From Phenylobacterium sp. (lineage in GTDB: Bacteria; Pseudomonadota; Alphaproteobacteria; Caulobacterales; Caulobacteraceae), in NCBI RefSeq assembly GCF_013911965.1, contig NZ_JACESE010000009.1, forward strand, positions 69,085 to 133,084: a stretch of DNA of 64,000 nt, read 5' to 3'. Position 1 is the stretch's first letter; every line of letters starts with the position of its first letter. The position numbers and the translations under genes are program-made. The notes beneath the pieces were generated by a model. The model was given only the letters and a program-made list of their open reading frames with translations, ran no database searches and was not told the DNA's origin. This document shows positions 39,471 through 47,647 of the stretch, piece by piece.

Positions 39471-41651
39471 ATGGGCCTCATTCCCACCTTCACCCCCTCG
39501 CGGCGTGCGATCCTGGCCGGCGGCGGCGCCGGCGGTCTCGTCCTGGCCTTCAGCCTGGCCGGCAGGAACGCTGCGGCCCAGGAGGCCGGCAAGCTCAACG
39601 CCTTCGTCCAGATCGCGCCGGACGGCTGGGTGACCATCGTCTCCAAGAACCCCGAGATCGGCCAGGGCATCAAGACCTCCCTGCCGATGCTGATCGCCGA
39701 GGAGCTGGACGTGGACTGGGCGCGCGTGCGCACGGTCCAGGCCGACAACGATCCGGAGGCCTATGGCCGCCAGTTCGCCGGCGGCAGCATGGCCACCCCC
39801 CTGCACTGGGACCAGCTGCGCCAGGTGGGCGCGGCCGGGCGCGCCATGCTGATTTCCGCCGCGGCCGCCGACTGGGGCGCGCCGGCGGACGAGCTCTCCA
39901 CCGAACCGGGCGTGGTGGTCCACGCCGCCTCCGGCCGCCGGGCCGACTACGGTTCGCTGGCCGCCAAGGCCGCGACCATGCCTGCGCCTGCGCTCGACAG
40001 CGTGCCGCTGAAGGACGCTTCCCAGTACCGCATCATCGGCAAGCCCACCCCGCAGGTGGACGTCGACGCCATCGTCACCGGCCAGCCCCTGTTCGGCATC
40101 GATATGCGTCTGCCGGGCATGCTCTATGCGACCTATGAGAAGGCCCCGGTCTTCGGCGCCAGGGTGGCCAGCGCCGACCTGGCGGCGGCCAAGGCGGTGA
40201 AGGGCGTGCGCGACGCCTTCGTGCTGGAGGGCGGCGAGGAGTTCGACGGCCTCGCCCCCGGGGTGGCGGTGGTCGCAGACTCCTGGTGGCAGGCGCGCAA
40301 GGGCCGCGAGGCCCTGAAGGTGAAGTGGGCCGACCATCCGACCGCGTCTCAGTCCAGCGCCGGCTACGCCGCCCGCGCCCAGGCGTTGGCGGGCGGCGCG
40401 CCCGGAAAGACGCTGCGCCAGGACGGCGACGTGGCCGCAGGTCTGGCCGCGTCCGCCAAGACGGTGGAGGCGGAGTACTTCTACCCCTTCCTCAGCCATG
40501 CGACGCTCGAGCCGCAGAACTGCACGGCCCACTTCCACGATGGCAAGATGGAGATCTGGGCGCCGACCCAGCTGCCCGAGCCCGGCCGTCAGATCGTGGC
40601 CAAGACGCTGGGCCTGAAGCCCGAGGACGTCATTGTCCACATGACGCGCATCGGCGGCGGCTTCGGCCGCCGGCTGATGAACGACTACATGGTCGAGGCC
40701 GCGGCCATCGCGCACCGCACCGGCGCGCCGGTGAAGCTCGTCTGGACGCGCGAAGACGACATGCGCCACGACTTCTACCGCCCGGCCGGCTTCCACTTCC
40801 TGCGGGGCGGGGTGAGCGCCGACGGCAAGATCGCCGCCTGGGCCGACCATTTTGTCACCTTCGGCCAGGGCGAGGAGACCGCCCGCAGCGCCGGCATGGC
40901 CCCGACCGAGTTCCCGGCGCGGTTCGTCGACAACTACCGGCTCGACGTCTCGATGATGCCGCTGGGCGTGCCCACGGGGCCGCTTCGGGCGCCGGGCAGC
41001 AACGCCATCGCCTTCGTGGTGCAGTCCTTCATCGACGAACTGGCCCATGCCGCCGGGGCCGACCCCGTGGCCTTCCGCCTGCAGCTCCTGGGCGACCGGG
41101 GCCTGGTGGGCGAGCCCGGCCGTGGCGGCTACGACGCCGGCCGCATGGCCGCCGTCCTGCGTCTGGTGGCGGAGAAGTCCGGCTGGGACCAGAAGCCGTC
41201 GGAGCCGCGCCGCGGCAAGGGCGTGGCCTTCCACTACAGCCATCTCGGCTATTTCGCCGAGGTCGCCGAGGTGGCGGTCGGCGCCGACGGAGCCGTGCGG
41301 GTGGAGAAGGTCTGGGTCGCCGCCGATGTGGGCCGCCAGATCATCAATCCGCTGGGCGCGCTCAACCAGATCGAGGGCTCGGTGATCGACGGGATTTCGG
41401 AAATGTCCGGCCAGATCACCATCGCGGGCGGCGCGGTCGAGCAGGGCAATTTCGACACCTTCCCCCTGTTGCGCATCGATGCGGCGCCGGTGATCGAGAC
41501 CCACTTCATCAAGAGCGACAATCCGCCCACGGGCCTGGGCGAACCCGCCCTGCCGCCGGTGGTCCCGGCCGTGGCCAACGCCATCTTCGCGGCCACCGGC
41601 AAGCGGATCCGCAAGCTGCCCCTCGACCCGACCCAGCTCGCCGCCAGCTGA
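39471..41651 (+). CDS. Molybdopterin-binding subunit (IorB/aldehyde oxidoreductase-like) with Tat-like signal
   Basis: SRRAIL twin-arginine, EIGQG, GGGFGRR, LRAPG and GLGEPALPP motifs. Confidence 0.93.
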   Translation: MGLIPTFTPSRRAILAGGGAGGLVLAFSLAGRNAAAQEAGKLNAFVQIAPDGWVTIVSKNPEIGQGIKTSLPMLIAEELDVDWARVRTVQADNDPEAYGRQFAGGSMATPLHWDQLRQVGAAGRAMLISAAAADWGAPADELSTEPGVVVHAASGRRADYGSLAAKAATMPAPALDSVPLKDASQYRIIGKPTPQVDVDAIVTGQPLFGIDMRLPGMLYATYEKAPVFGARVASADLAAAKAVKGVRDAFVLEGGEEFDGLAPGVAVVADSWWQARKGREALKVKWADHPTASQSSAGYAARAQALAGGAPGKTLRQDGDVAAGLAASAKTVEAEYFYPFLSHATLEPQNCTAHFHDGKMEIWAPTQLPEPGRQIVAKTLGLKPEDVIVHMTRIGGGFGRRLMNDYMVEAAAIAHRTGAPVKLVWTREDDMRHDFYRPAGFHFLRGGVSADGKIAAWADHFVTFGQGEETARSAGMAPTEFPARFVDNYRLDVSMMPLGVPTGPLRAPGSNAIAFVVQSFIDELAHAAGADPVAFRLQLLGDRGLVGEPGRGGYDAGRMAAVLRLVAEKSGWDQKPSEPRRGKGVAFHYSHLGYFAEVAEVAVGADGAVRVEKVWVAADVGRQIINPLGALNQIEGSVIDGISEMSGQITIAGGAVEQGNFDTFPLLRIDAAPVIETHFIKSDNPPTGLGEPALPPVVPAVANAIFAATGKRIRKLPLDPTQLAAS

Positions 41652-41665
41652 GCGGCGGCGAGACC

Positions 41666-44600
41666 ATGCGTCGCATCCTGATCGCCAACCGCGGCGAGAT
41701 CGCCATCCGCATCGCCCGGACGGCGGCGGAGATGGGGCTGGCCGCCGTCGCCGTCCATCCGGCCGATGACGCCCAGTCGCTGCACGTGCGCCGGGCCGAT
41801 GCGGCCGTGCTCCTGCCGGGGCAGGGGCCGGCCGCCTATCTCGACATCGCCGCCCTGGTTCAGGCCGCCAAGGACGCCGGCTGCGACGCCGTGCATCCGG
41901 GCTACGGCTTCGTGAGCGAAAACCCCGACTTCGCCCGCGCCTGCGCCGAGGCCGGCCTCACCTTCATCGGGCCTTCGCCGGAGACGCTGGCCCTCTTCGG
42001 CGACAAGGCCCGCGCCCGGGCTCTGGCCCGGCAGGCCGGCGCGCCTGTCCTGCCGGGCACGGACGGCGAAACCTCTCTGGACGAGGCGACCGCCTTCCTC
42101 GCCGCTCTGGGCGAGGGCGCCTGCGTCATGGTCAAGGCTCTGGCCGGCGGCGGCGGGCGCGGCATGCGTCCGGCCGCCTCGGCCGAGGACCTGGCGGCGG
42201 CCTTCGAACGCTGCGCCTCGGAGGCCCAGGCGGCCTTCGGCGATCCCCGTCTCTATGTGGAGCAGTTTCTGCCGCGCGCGCGCCATGTGGAGGTGCAGAT
42301 CGCCGGCGACGGGACCGAGATCGTCCACCTGTACGACCGCGAATGCAGCCTGCAGCGCGCCCGGCAGAAGGTGGTGGAGATCGCGCCCGCCGCCATGATC
42401 CCGCAGGCGGTCCGCGAGCGCCTCTTCGCCGCCGCCGTCGCGCTCGGCCGCGCCGCCGGCTATCGCGGGCTCGGCACCATCGAGTTCCTGGTCGAGGGCG
42501 AAACCGCCGTCTTCATCGAGGCCAACGCCCGGCTGCAGGTCGAGCACACGGTGACCGAGGAGGTCCTCGGCCTCGATCTCGTCCGCCTACAGATTGAGTT
42601 AGCGCAGGGGCGCGGCCTGGCCGAGCTTGGCCTGACGCAGGACAGGGTCCCGCCGCCGCGCGGCTGCGCCATCCAGGCGCGGGTGAACCTGGAGAGCCTG
42701 ACGCCCGACGGCCAGGTGCGGCCCTCGGGCGGGACGTTGTCGGCCTGTGATCCGCCCTCGGGACCCGGCGTGCGGGTCGACGGCTACGGCTATGCCGGCT
42801 ACCTCACCAATCCGCGCTACGACTCGCTGCTGGCCAAGGTGATCGTGCAGGCCGGCGATCTGCCGGCCGCCGCATCCAAGGCCTATCGCGCCCTGTCGGA
42901 GTTCCGCATCGCCGGCGCTGCGACCAATATCGGCGTCCTCCAGAGCCTGCTCGCCCACCCGGCGGTCCGCGACGGAGAGATCCATACGCGCTTTGTCGAG
43001 GAGCATCTCGGCGACCTCCTCGGCGGCGAGCATCCGCAGCTCTATTTCCAGGAGACGGGCGGTCCGCGCCGGGCCGGCGCCGCCGTGGATTCCAGCGATC
43101 CCCTCGCCGTCCTCGCCCACGGCAAGGTCGAGCCCGCGGCGTCGGCGGAACGGCCGGCGCCCGCCGACGGTCCCGCCGGTACGGAGGCCCTGCGTGCGCC
43201 CTTGCAGGGGACGGTGATCAGCCTCTCGGCCAGCGTCGGTCAGACGGTGCGCCGGGGCGAGGGGCTGCTCGTCATGGAAGCCATGAAGATGGAGCACGTG
43301 ATCGCCGCCGAGACGTCCGGCGTGGTGCGCGAGATCACGGTCGCCGAGGGCGAGACCGTCTTCGAGGGCCACCCGCTCGCCTTCATCGAGCCGGTCGAGG
43401 GGCTGGCGGGCGCGGGCGAGGCGGCCGAGGCCGTCGACCTCGACGCGGTCCGGCCCGACCTCGCCGAGGTGCTGGACCGGCAGGCCCGCACCCGCGACGC
43501 CGCAAGGCCAGAGGCGGTGGCGCGGCGGCGCAAGACCGGACAGCGCACGGCGCGGGAGAATATCGACGACCTGTGCGATCCCGGCTCCTTCACCGAGTAC
43601 GGATCCCTGGTGGTGGCGGCCCGCCGCCGCCGAAACACCATGGACGAACTGATCGCCCAGACGCCGGCCGACGGCCTCGTCATGGGCCTGGGCCAGGTGA
43701 ACGGCGAGCGCTTCGGCGAGGAGCGCGCCCGCTGCGCGGTGCTGTCCTACGACTACACCGTGCTGGCCGGCACCCAGGGCGCCCACAATCACGAGAAGCT
43801 CGACCGCATGGCCGAACTCGCCCTGCGCTGGAAGCTGCCGACGGTCTTCTTCACCGAGGGCGGCGGCGGGCGGCCCGGCGACACCGAGGGCGGCGGCTTC
43901 ATCCGCGGCTTCGAGTTCTGGGGCCGTCTGTCGGGCGCCGTGCCGCTGGTGGGCGTCGTCTCCGGCCGCTGCTTCGCCGGCAACGCCGCCATCCTCGGCT
44001 GCTGCGACGTGATCATCGCCACGAAGGACACGGCGCTCGGCATGGGCGGGCCGGCCATGGTGGAGGGCGGCGGCCTCGGCGTCTTCCGGCCCGAGGAGAT
44101 CGGTCCCCTCGACGTCATGCAGAGGAACGGCGTCATCGACGTGCTGGTGGAGGACGAGGCCGCCGCCGTCGCCGCAGCCAAACAGTACCTCTCCTACTTC
44201 CAGGGCCCGGTCGCCGACTGGACCTGCGCCGACCAGCGGCTCCTGCGTCGGGCTATCCCGGAGAACCGCCTGCGGGTCTATGACGTCCGGGCCCTGATCG
44301 AGACCCTGTGCGACGAGGGCTCGGTTCTGGAGCTTCGCCCCCGCTTTGGCCTCGCCATGGTCACCGCCTTCGGGCGGATCGAGGGCCGGCCGGTGGGGAT
44401 CATCGCCAACAATCCCCAGCACCTGGGCGGGGCCATCGATTCCGAGGCCTCCGACAAGGCCGCCCGCTTCATGCAGGTCTGCGAGGCCTTCGACATCCCC
44501 ATCGTCTCCCTGTCGGACACGCCGGGCAATATGGTGGGGCCGGAGGCGGAGAAGACCGGCCTCATCCGCCACTGCTCGCGCCTCTTCGTCATCGGCGCCA

Positions 44601-44992
44601 ACCTGACCGTGCCGATCTTCTCGGTCATCCTGCGCAAGAGCTACGGCCTGGGGGCCATCGCCATGACCGGCGGCTCCTATCAGGCGGCCATGTTCTGCGT
44701 CGCCTGGCCCACGGGCGAGTTCGGCGGCATGGGCCTGGAGGGCTCGGTCAAGCTCGGCTACCGCAACGAACTGGCCGCCATCGAGGACCCGGCCGCCCGC
44801 AAGGCGAGGTTCGACGAAATGGTCGCCGCCGCCTACGCCCGCGGCAAGGCCCTGGCCCGGGCCACAACCCCCGAACTCGACGACGTCATCGACCCCGCCG
44901 ACACCCGCCGCTGGATCGTCGCGGGGCTGAAGTCGCTGCCGCCGGTCCCGCCGAGGACGGGCAAGAAACTGCCGTGGATCGACGCTTGGTGA
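41666..44992 (+). CDS. Single-chain biotin-dependent acyl-CoA carboxylase (BC-BCCP-CT fusion)
   Basis: ILIANRGEIA, HPGYGF, RHVEVQ and RLQVEH (biotin carboxylase); EAMKM (biotinylation site); DYTVLAGTQG and DTPGNMVG (carboxyltransferase); ATG at 41666. Confidence 0.93.
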   Translation: MRRILIANRGEIAIRIARTAAEMGLAAVAVHPADDAQSLHVRRADAAVLLPGQGPAAYLDIAALVQAAKDAGCDAVHPGYGFVSENPDFARACAEAGLTFIGPSPETLALFGDKARARALARQAGAPVLPGTDGETSLDEATAFLAALGEGACVMVKALAGGGGRGMRPAASAEDLAAAFERCASEAQAAFGDPRLYVEQFLPRARHVEVQIAGDGTEIVHLYDRECSLQRARQKVVEIAPAAMIPQAVRERLFAAAVALGRAAGYRGLGTIEFLVEGETAVFIEANARLQVEHTVTEEVLGLDLVRLQIELAQGRGLAELGLTQDRVPPPRGCAIQARVNLESLTPDGQVRPSGGTLSACDPPSGPGVRVDGYGYAGYLTNPRYDSLLAKVIVQAGDLPAAASKAYRALSEFRIAGAATNIGVLQSLLAHPAVRDGEIHTRFVEEHLGDLLGGEHPQLYFQETGGPRRAGAAVDSSDPLAVLAHGKVEPAASAERPAPADGPAGTEALRAPLQGTVISLSASVGQTVRRGEGLLVMEAMKMEHVIAAETSGVVREITVAEGETVFEGHPLAFIEPVEGLAGAGEAAEAVDLDAVRPDLAEVLDRQARTRDAARPEAVARRRKTGQRTARENIDDLCDPGSFTEYGSLVVAARRRRNTMDELIAQTPADGLVMGLGQVNGERFGEERARCAVLSYDYTVLAGTQGAHNHEKLDRMAELALRWKLPTVFFTEGGGGRPGDTEGGGFIRGFEFWGRLSGAVPLVGVVSGRCFAGNAAILGCCDVIIATKDTALGMGGPAMVEGGGLGVFRPEEIGPLDVMQRNGVIDVLVEDEAAAVAAAKQYLSYFQGPVADWTCADQRLLRRAIPENRLRVYDVRALIETLCDEGSVLELRPRFGLAMVTAFGRIEGRPVGIIANNPQHLGGAIDSEASDKAARFMQVCEAFDIPIVSLSDTPGNMVGPEAEKTGLIRHCSRLFVIGANLTVPIFSVILRKSYGLGAIAMTGGSYQAAMFCVAWPTGEFGGMGLEGSVKLGYRNELAAIEDPAARKARFDEMVAAAYARGKALARATTPELDDVIDPADTRRWIVAGLKSLPPVPPRTGKKLPWIDAW

Positions 44993-45002
44993 AGCAGGCG
45001 TC

Positions 45003-45017
45003 GTTCTCTATACGTTC
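45003..45017 (+). promoter_or_regulatory. LexA (SOS) box upstream of orphan ORF
   Basis: GTTC-TCTATAC-GTTC matches GTTC-N7-GTTC exactly; TAGGCT -10-like element at 45028-45033. Confidence 0.7.
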
Positions 45018-45049
45018 TCGCCGCGCATAGGCTGCAGCGGACGGGCGAA

Positions 45050-45982
45050 ATGGGCGTGAGGCTGGACTGGCTGGCGGTGCGGGCGGGGAGGCGGAAGGCG
45101 CTTCTCGATCGTCTGGATCTCGAGTTGGCCGGCGAGGTGAGCCAGGAGGTCGGCGAGGGACTGGTGCTGGCCACGCTGCCCTCCGGGTGGCTCGTCCTGG
45201 TGGGCCCCCACGATGACCCCGCCATTCTCCCCAACATCGGGCCTGCGTCCGAAGCCTGCGGCGAGGGCTTGGGCGGCCAGGTCGTCGAATCGGTCGGTTA
45301 CAGCCGTCTGCAGCGCTACGAGGCCGGCCGAATGCTGTGGTCGCTGGCCTCGGGGGCGTCGACGGGCATTTCTGAACGTTCCGGTGCGCCGCCGCCGCTG
45401 CCCGAGGATTGCGCCACGCCGTTCGAGGCTGTGCTCGCCCTGTCGGAGAGTCTATGCGGCTATCGTCCTGGCGAGACGTCGGGGTTGGCTTGGCGACGCC
45501 TTGTCCGCCGCGGCGCTGCGCGGCCTGCCAATGGTGGCGGCGCGTTGCTCCAGAGGATGCGGATCGAGCTGATCCCCTTACTTGAGGACCTCGGCTGGAG
45601 CGCGCCGCCCGTGCCGAAGATGGCGGACGCTGGCGTTATCACCCGCGAGCTTGGCGACCATCGACAGACGATCTGGTTCGAGTACGCCAGCGGACGCGAG
45701 ACCTACATCCGCGTCCACTTTGAGAGCGCCGACGCGCAGGACGGCGACAGTCGCGGCGAACTGGGTTTTGTGGGCGCGCCGCGGAAGGAGCCTCTGCCGG
45801 TCTGGAAGCGCTTCACCTGGAAGCGGCTGGCCGAGCTCTCAAACTACCCGCCTGGGCCCGCCGACCCCATCACCGCGGCGCTCGACCGCGCCCGGGAGGA
45901 AATCCAGGTCGCCGACGCCTACCTGAGGACCGGCGCGCCCGACCGCCGCATCTACGTCACTCAACGCTGGCCGCAAGCCTGA
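45050..45982 (+). CDS. Hypothetical two-domain protein (orphan-like, atypical codon usage)
   Basis: The 310-codon ORF fills the gap between known genes; A/T-ending codons (TTA, CTT, TCT, GGT) are more frequent than in neighbouring genes. Confidence 0.75.
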   Translation: MGVRLDWLAVRAGRRKALLDRLDLELAGEVSQEVGEGLVLATLPSGWLVLVGPHDDPAILPNIGPASEACGEGLGGQVVESVGYSRLQRYEAGRMLWSLASGASTGISERSGAPPPLPEDCATPFEAVLALSESLCGYRPGETSGLAWRRLVRRGAARPANGGGALLQRMRIELIPLLEDLGWSAPPVPKMADAGVITRELGDHRQTIWFEYASGRETYIRVHFESADAQDGDSRGELGFVGAPRKEPLPVWKRFTWKRLAELSNYPPGPADPITAALDRAREEIQVADAYLRTGAPDRRIYVTQRWPQA

Positions 45983-46002
45983 TCAACGGCGGCTGTTGAG
46001 CA

Positions 46003-46410
46003 TCAGCGCTCGCCGGCCGGCTCCACCAGCCATTCCCTGACCTCGGGCGGGGCGGCTTCGGCCCAGACGAGCAGGGCGTCCAGGGCGGGGCAGAGGGTCT
46101 GGCCCCAGTCGGTGAGGTGGTATTCCACGCGGGGCGGGACCTCGTGGTGGACGATGCGGGCGACGACGCCGTCGGCCTCCAGCTGGCGCAGCTGCTGGAT
46201 CAACATCTTCTGCGAGACGCCCGGGATCGCCTTCTCCAGCTCGGAGAAGCGCCGCCGCTGTCCGCCGAACAGCTGGAACAGGATGACCAGCTTCCAGCGG
46301 CCCTCAAGGATGCGCAGGGCGTTCTGCACGCTCCGCGCCCCGCCCGCGGGCGTGTAGTCCGGGCGCTTACTTTTTTGTGGGTTCCCCACTTTTTCGTCGG
46401 TTCTTGTCAT
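46003..46410 (-). CDS. HxlR family winged-helix regulator
   Basis: LEGRWKLVIL, RFSELEKAIPGVSQKMLIQQLR and PPRVEYHLT motifs. Confidence 0.92.
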   Translation of the reverse strand: MTRTDEKVGNPQKSKRPDYTPAGGARSVQNALRILEGRWKLVILFQLFGGQRRRFSELEKAIPGVSQKMLIQQLRQLEADGVVARIVHHEVPPRVEYHLTDWGQTLCPALDALLVWAEAAPPEVREWLVEPAGER

Positions 46411-46481
46411 GCGGAAAGCCTGAACGCACCTCTGCCGGAGAACAAGGCCGCACGGCGGCCCGACCGGATGGAGATTGAACC

Positions 46482-46808
46482 ATGAATGCGCTTCCCGAAC
46501 CCGTCGCCCGCTATCCGAAGGCCAGCGCCGAACTGGACGCGCAGGGCGCGCTTTCGCCCTTCGCCCCCGATGCGGTGGTGGTCGACGAAGGCCGCACGCA
46601 CAAGGGGACGGCCGAGATCGCCGACTGGATCGCCCAGGCGGCCGTTGCGGTGAAGGCCCGTCCGGCCGTTCTCTCCGCCGACTTGGAGGACGGGGCGCAC
46701 CTCGTCCGCGCCTCGGTGTCGGGCGACTTTCCCGGCAGTCCGGTCGAGCTGACCTTCCGCTTCCACCTCTCGCCGGACGGCATCTCGCGCCTGGAGATCC
46801 GGCCGTGA
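46482..46808 (+). CDS. SnoaL/NTF2-like protein
   Basis: FAPDAVVVDEG, GDFPGSPV and ISRLEI motifs; GGAGA RBS. Confidence 0.85.
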   Translation: MNALPEPVARYPKASAELDAQGALSPFAPDAVVVDEGRTHKGTAEIADWIAQAAVAVKARPAVLSADLEDGAHLVRASVSGDFPGSPVELTFRFHLSPDGISRLEIRP

Positions 46809-47593
46809 GCGGCGCGCCGGGTCTGGAGTTCGAGGGGCGGCGGGTCGTGCTGACGGGCGGCGGCGCCGGCGCCGGTCACGCCGTCTTCCGCAGGCTTTCG
46901 GCCGCCGGCGCCCGCGTGGTGACAGCCGGGCGGTCGGATGCCGTGGAGGGGCTCCCGCCTGAGGCCTACGTGCAGGCGGACCTCACCACCGCGCCGGGTG
47001 TCGCAGCGTTTGTGGACGCCGCGCTCGACCGCCTCGGCGGCGTCGACGCCGTGATCCACGTGGTCGGCGGCTCCAAGGCCCCGGCCGGCGGTTTCGCCGC
47101 TCTGGACGACGCCGAGTGGGCGAGCGAGATCGACCTGAATCTGATGACGGCGGTGCGGCTCGACCGCGCCCTGGTTCCGCACCTGATCGCCCAGGGCCAT
47201 GGCGTCGTGGTTCATACCGGCTCGATTCAGAGCCGCATGCCGCTCTACGACGCCACGATCGCCTATGCCGCGGCCAAGGCGGCGCTGACCACCTACAGCA
47301 AGGCGCTCGCCAACGAGGTCGGGCCCAAGGGCGTGCGGGTCAATCTCGTCTCGCCCGGCGGCATCAACACCGACGGGACGAAGCGGCTGGTGCGGCGGCT
47401 GGCGGAGCAGTCAGGCCGCGGCGAGGCCGAGGCGATGAAGGACCTGCTGGCGGCGCTCGGCGGCGTCCCGCTCGGCCGCTTCGCCGAGCCGGGGGAGGTG
47501 GCCGAGCTGATCGCCTTCCTCGCTTCCGACCGGGCCGCCGCCATCCACGGGGCCGAGTTCGTCATCGACGGCGGGACCCTGCCGACGGTTTAG
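46805..47593 (+). CDS. SDR family oxidoreductase
   Basis: LTGGGAGAG, HVVGG, YAAAK, VSPG and VIDGG motifs; GTGA overlap with the SnoaL gene. Confidence 0.9.
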   Translation: MSGAPGLEFEGRRVVLTGGGAGAGHAVFRRLSAAGARVVTAGRSDAVEGLPPEAYVQADLTTAPGVAAFVDAALDRLGGVDAVIHVVGGSKAPAGGFAALDDAEWASEIDLNLMTAVRLDRALVPHLIAQGHGVVVHTGSIQSRMPLYDATIAYAAAKAALTTYSKALANEVGPKGVRVNLVSPGGINTDGTKRLVRRLAEQSGRGEAEAMKDLLAALGGVPLGRFAEPGEVAELIAFLASDRAAAIHGAEFVIDGGTLPTV

Positions 47594-47602
47594 GAGCTTC
47601 AG

Positions 47603-47647
47603 GACGCGCGTTCCGACAACCGATTCCCGCTTTTCGGAACGCGCGTC
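47603..47647. repeat. RIME/BRU-RS-like palindromic element between convergent genes
   Basis: Perfect 14-bp stem GACGCGCGTTCCGA/TCGGAACGCGCGTC; the minus strand TTCCGAAAAGCGGGAATCGGTTGTCGGAA resembles the rhizobial TTCCGAAAAGTGG-ACCGGTTTTCGG repeat core. Confidence 0.55.

Noticed and set aside
40286-44992. Apparent 1568-aa giant fusion ORF
   Set aside because: The N-terminal 460 codons are an off-frame read through the molybdoenzyme gene; recognisable sequence starts at ATG 41666.
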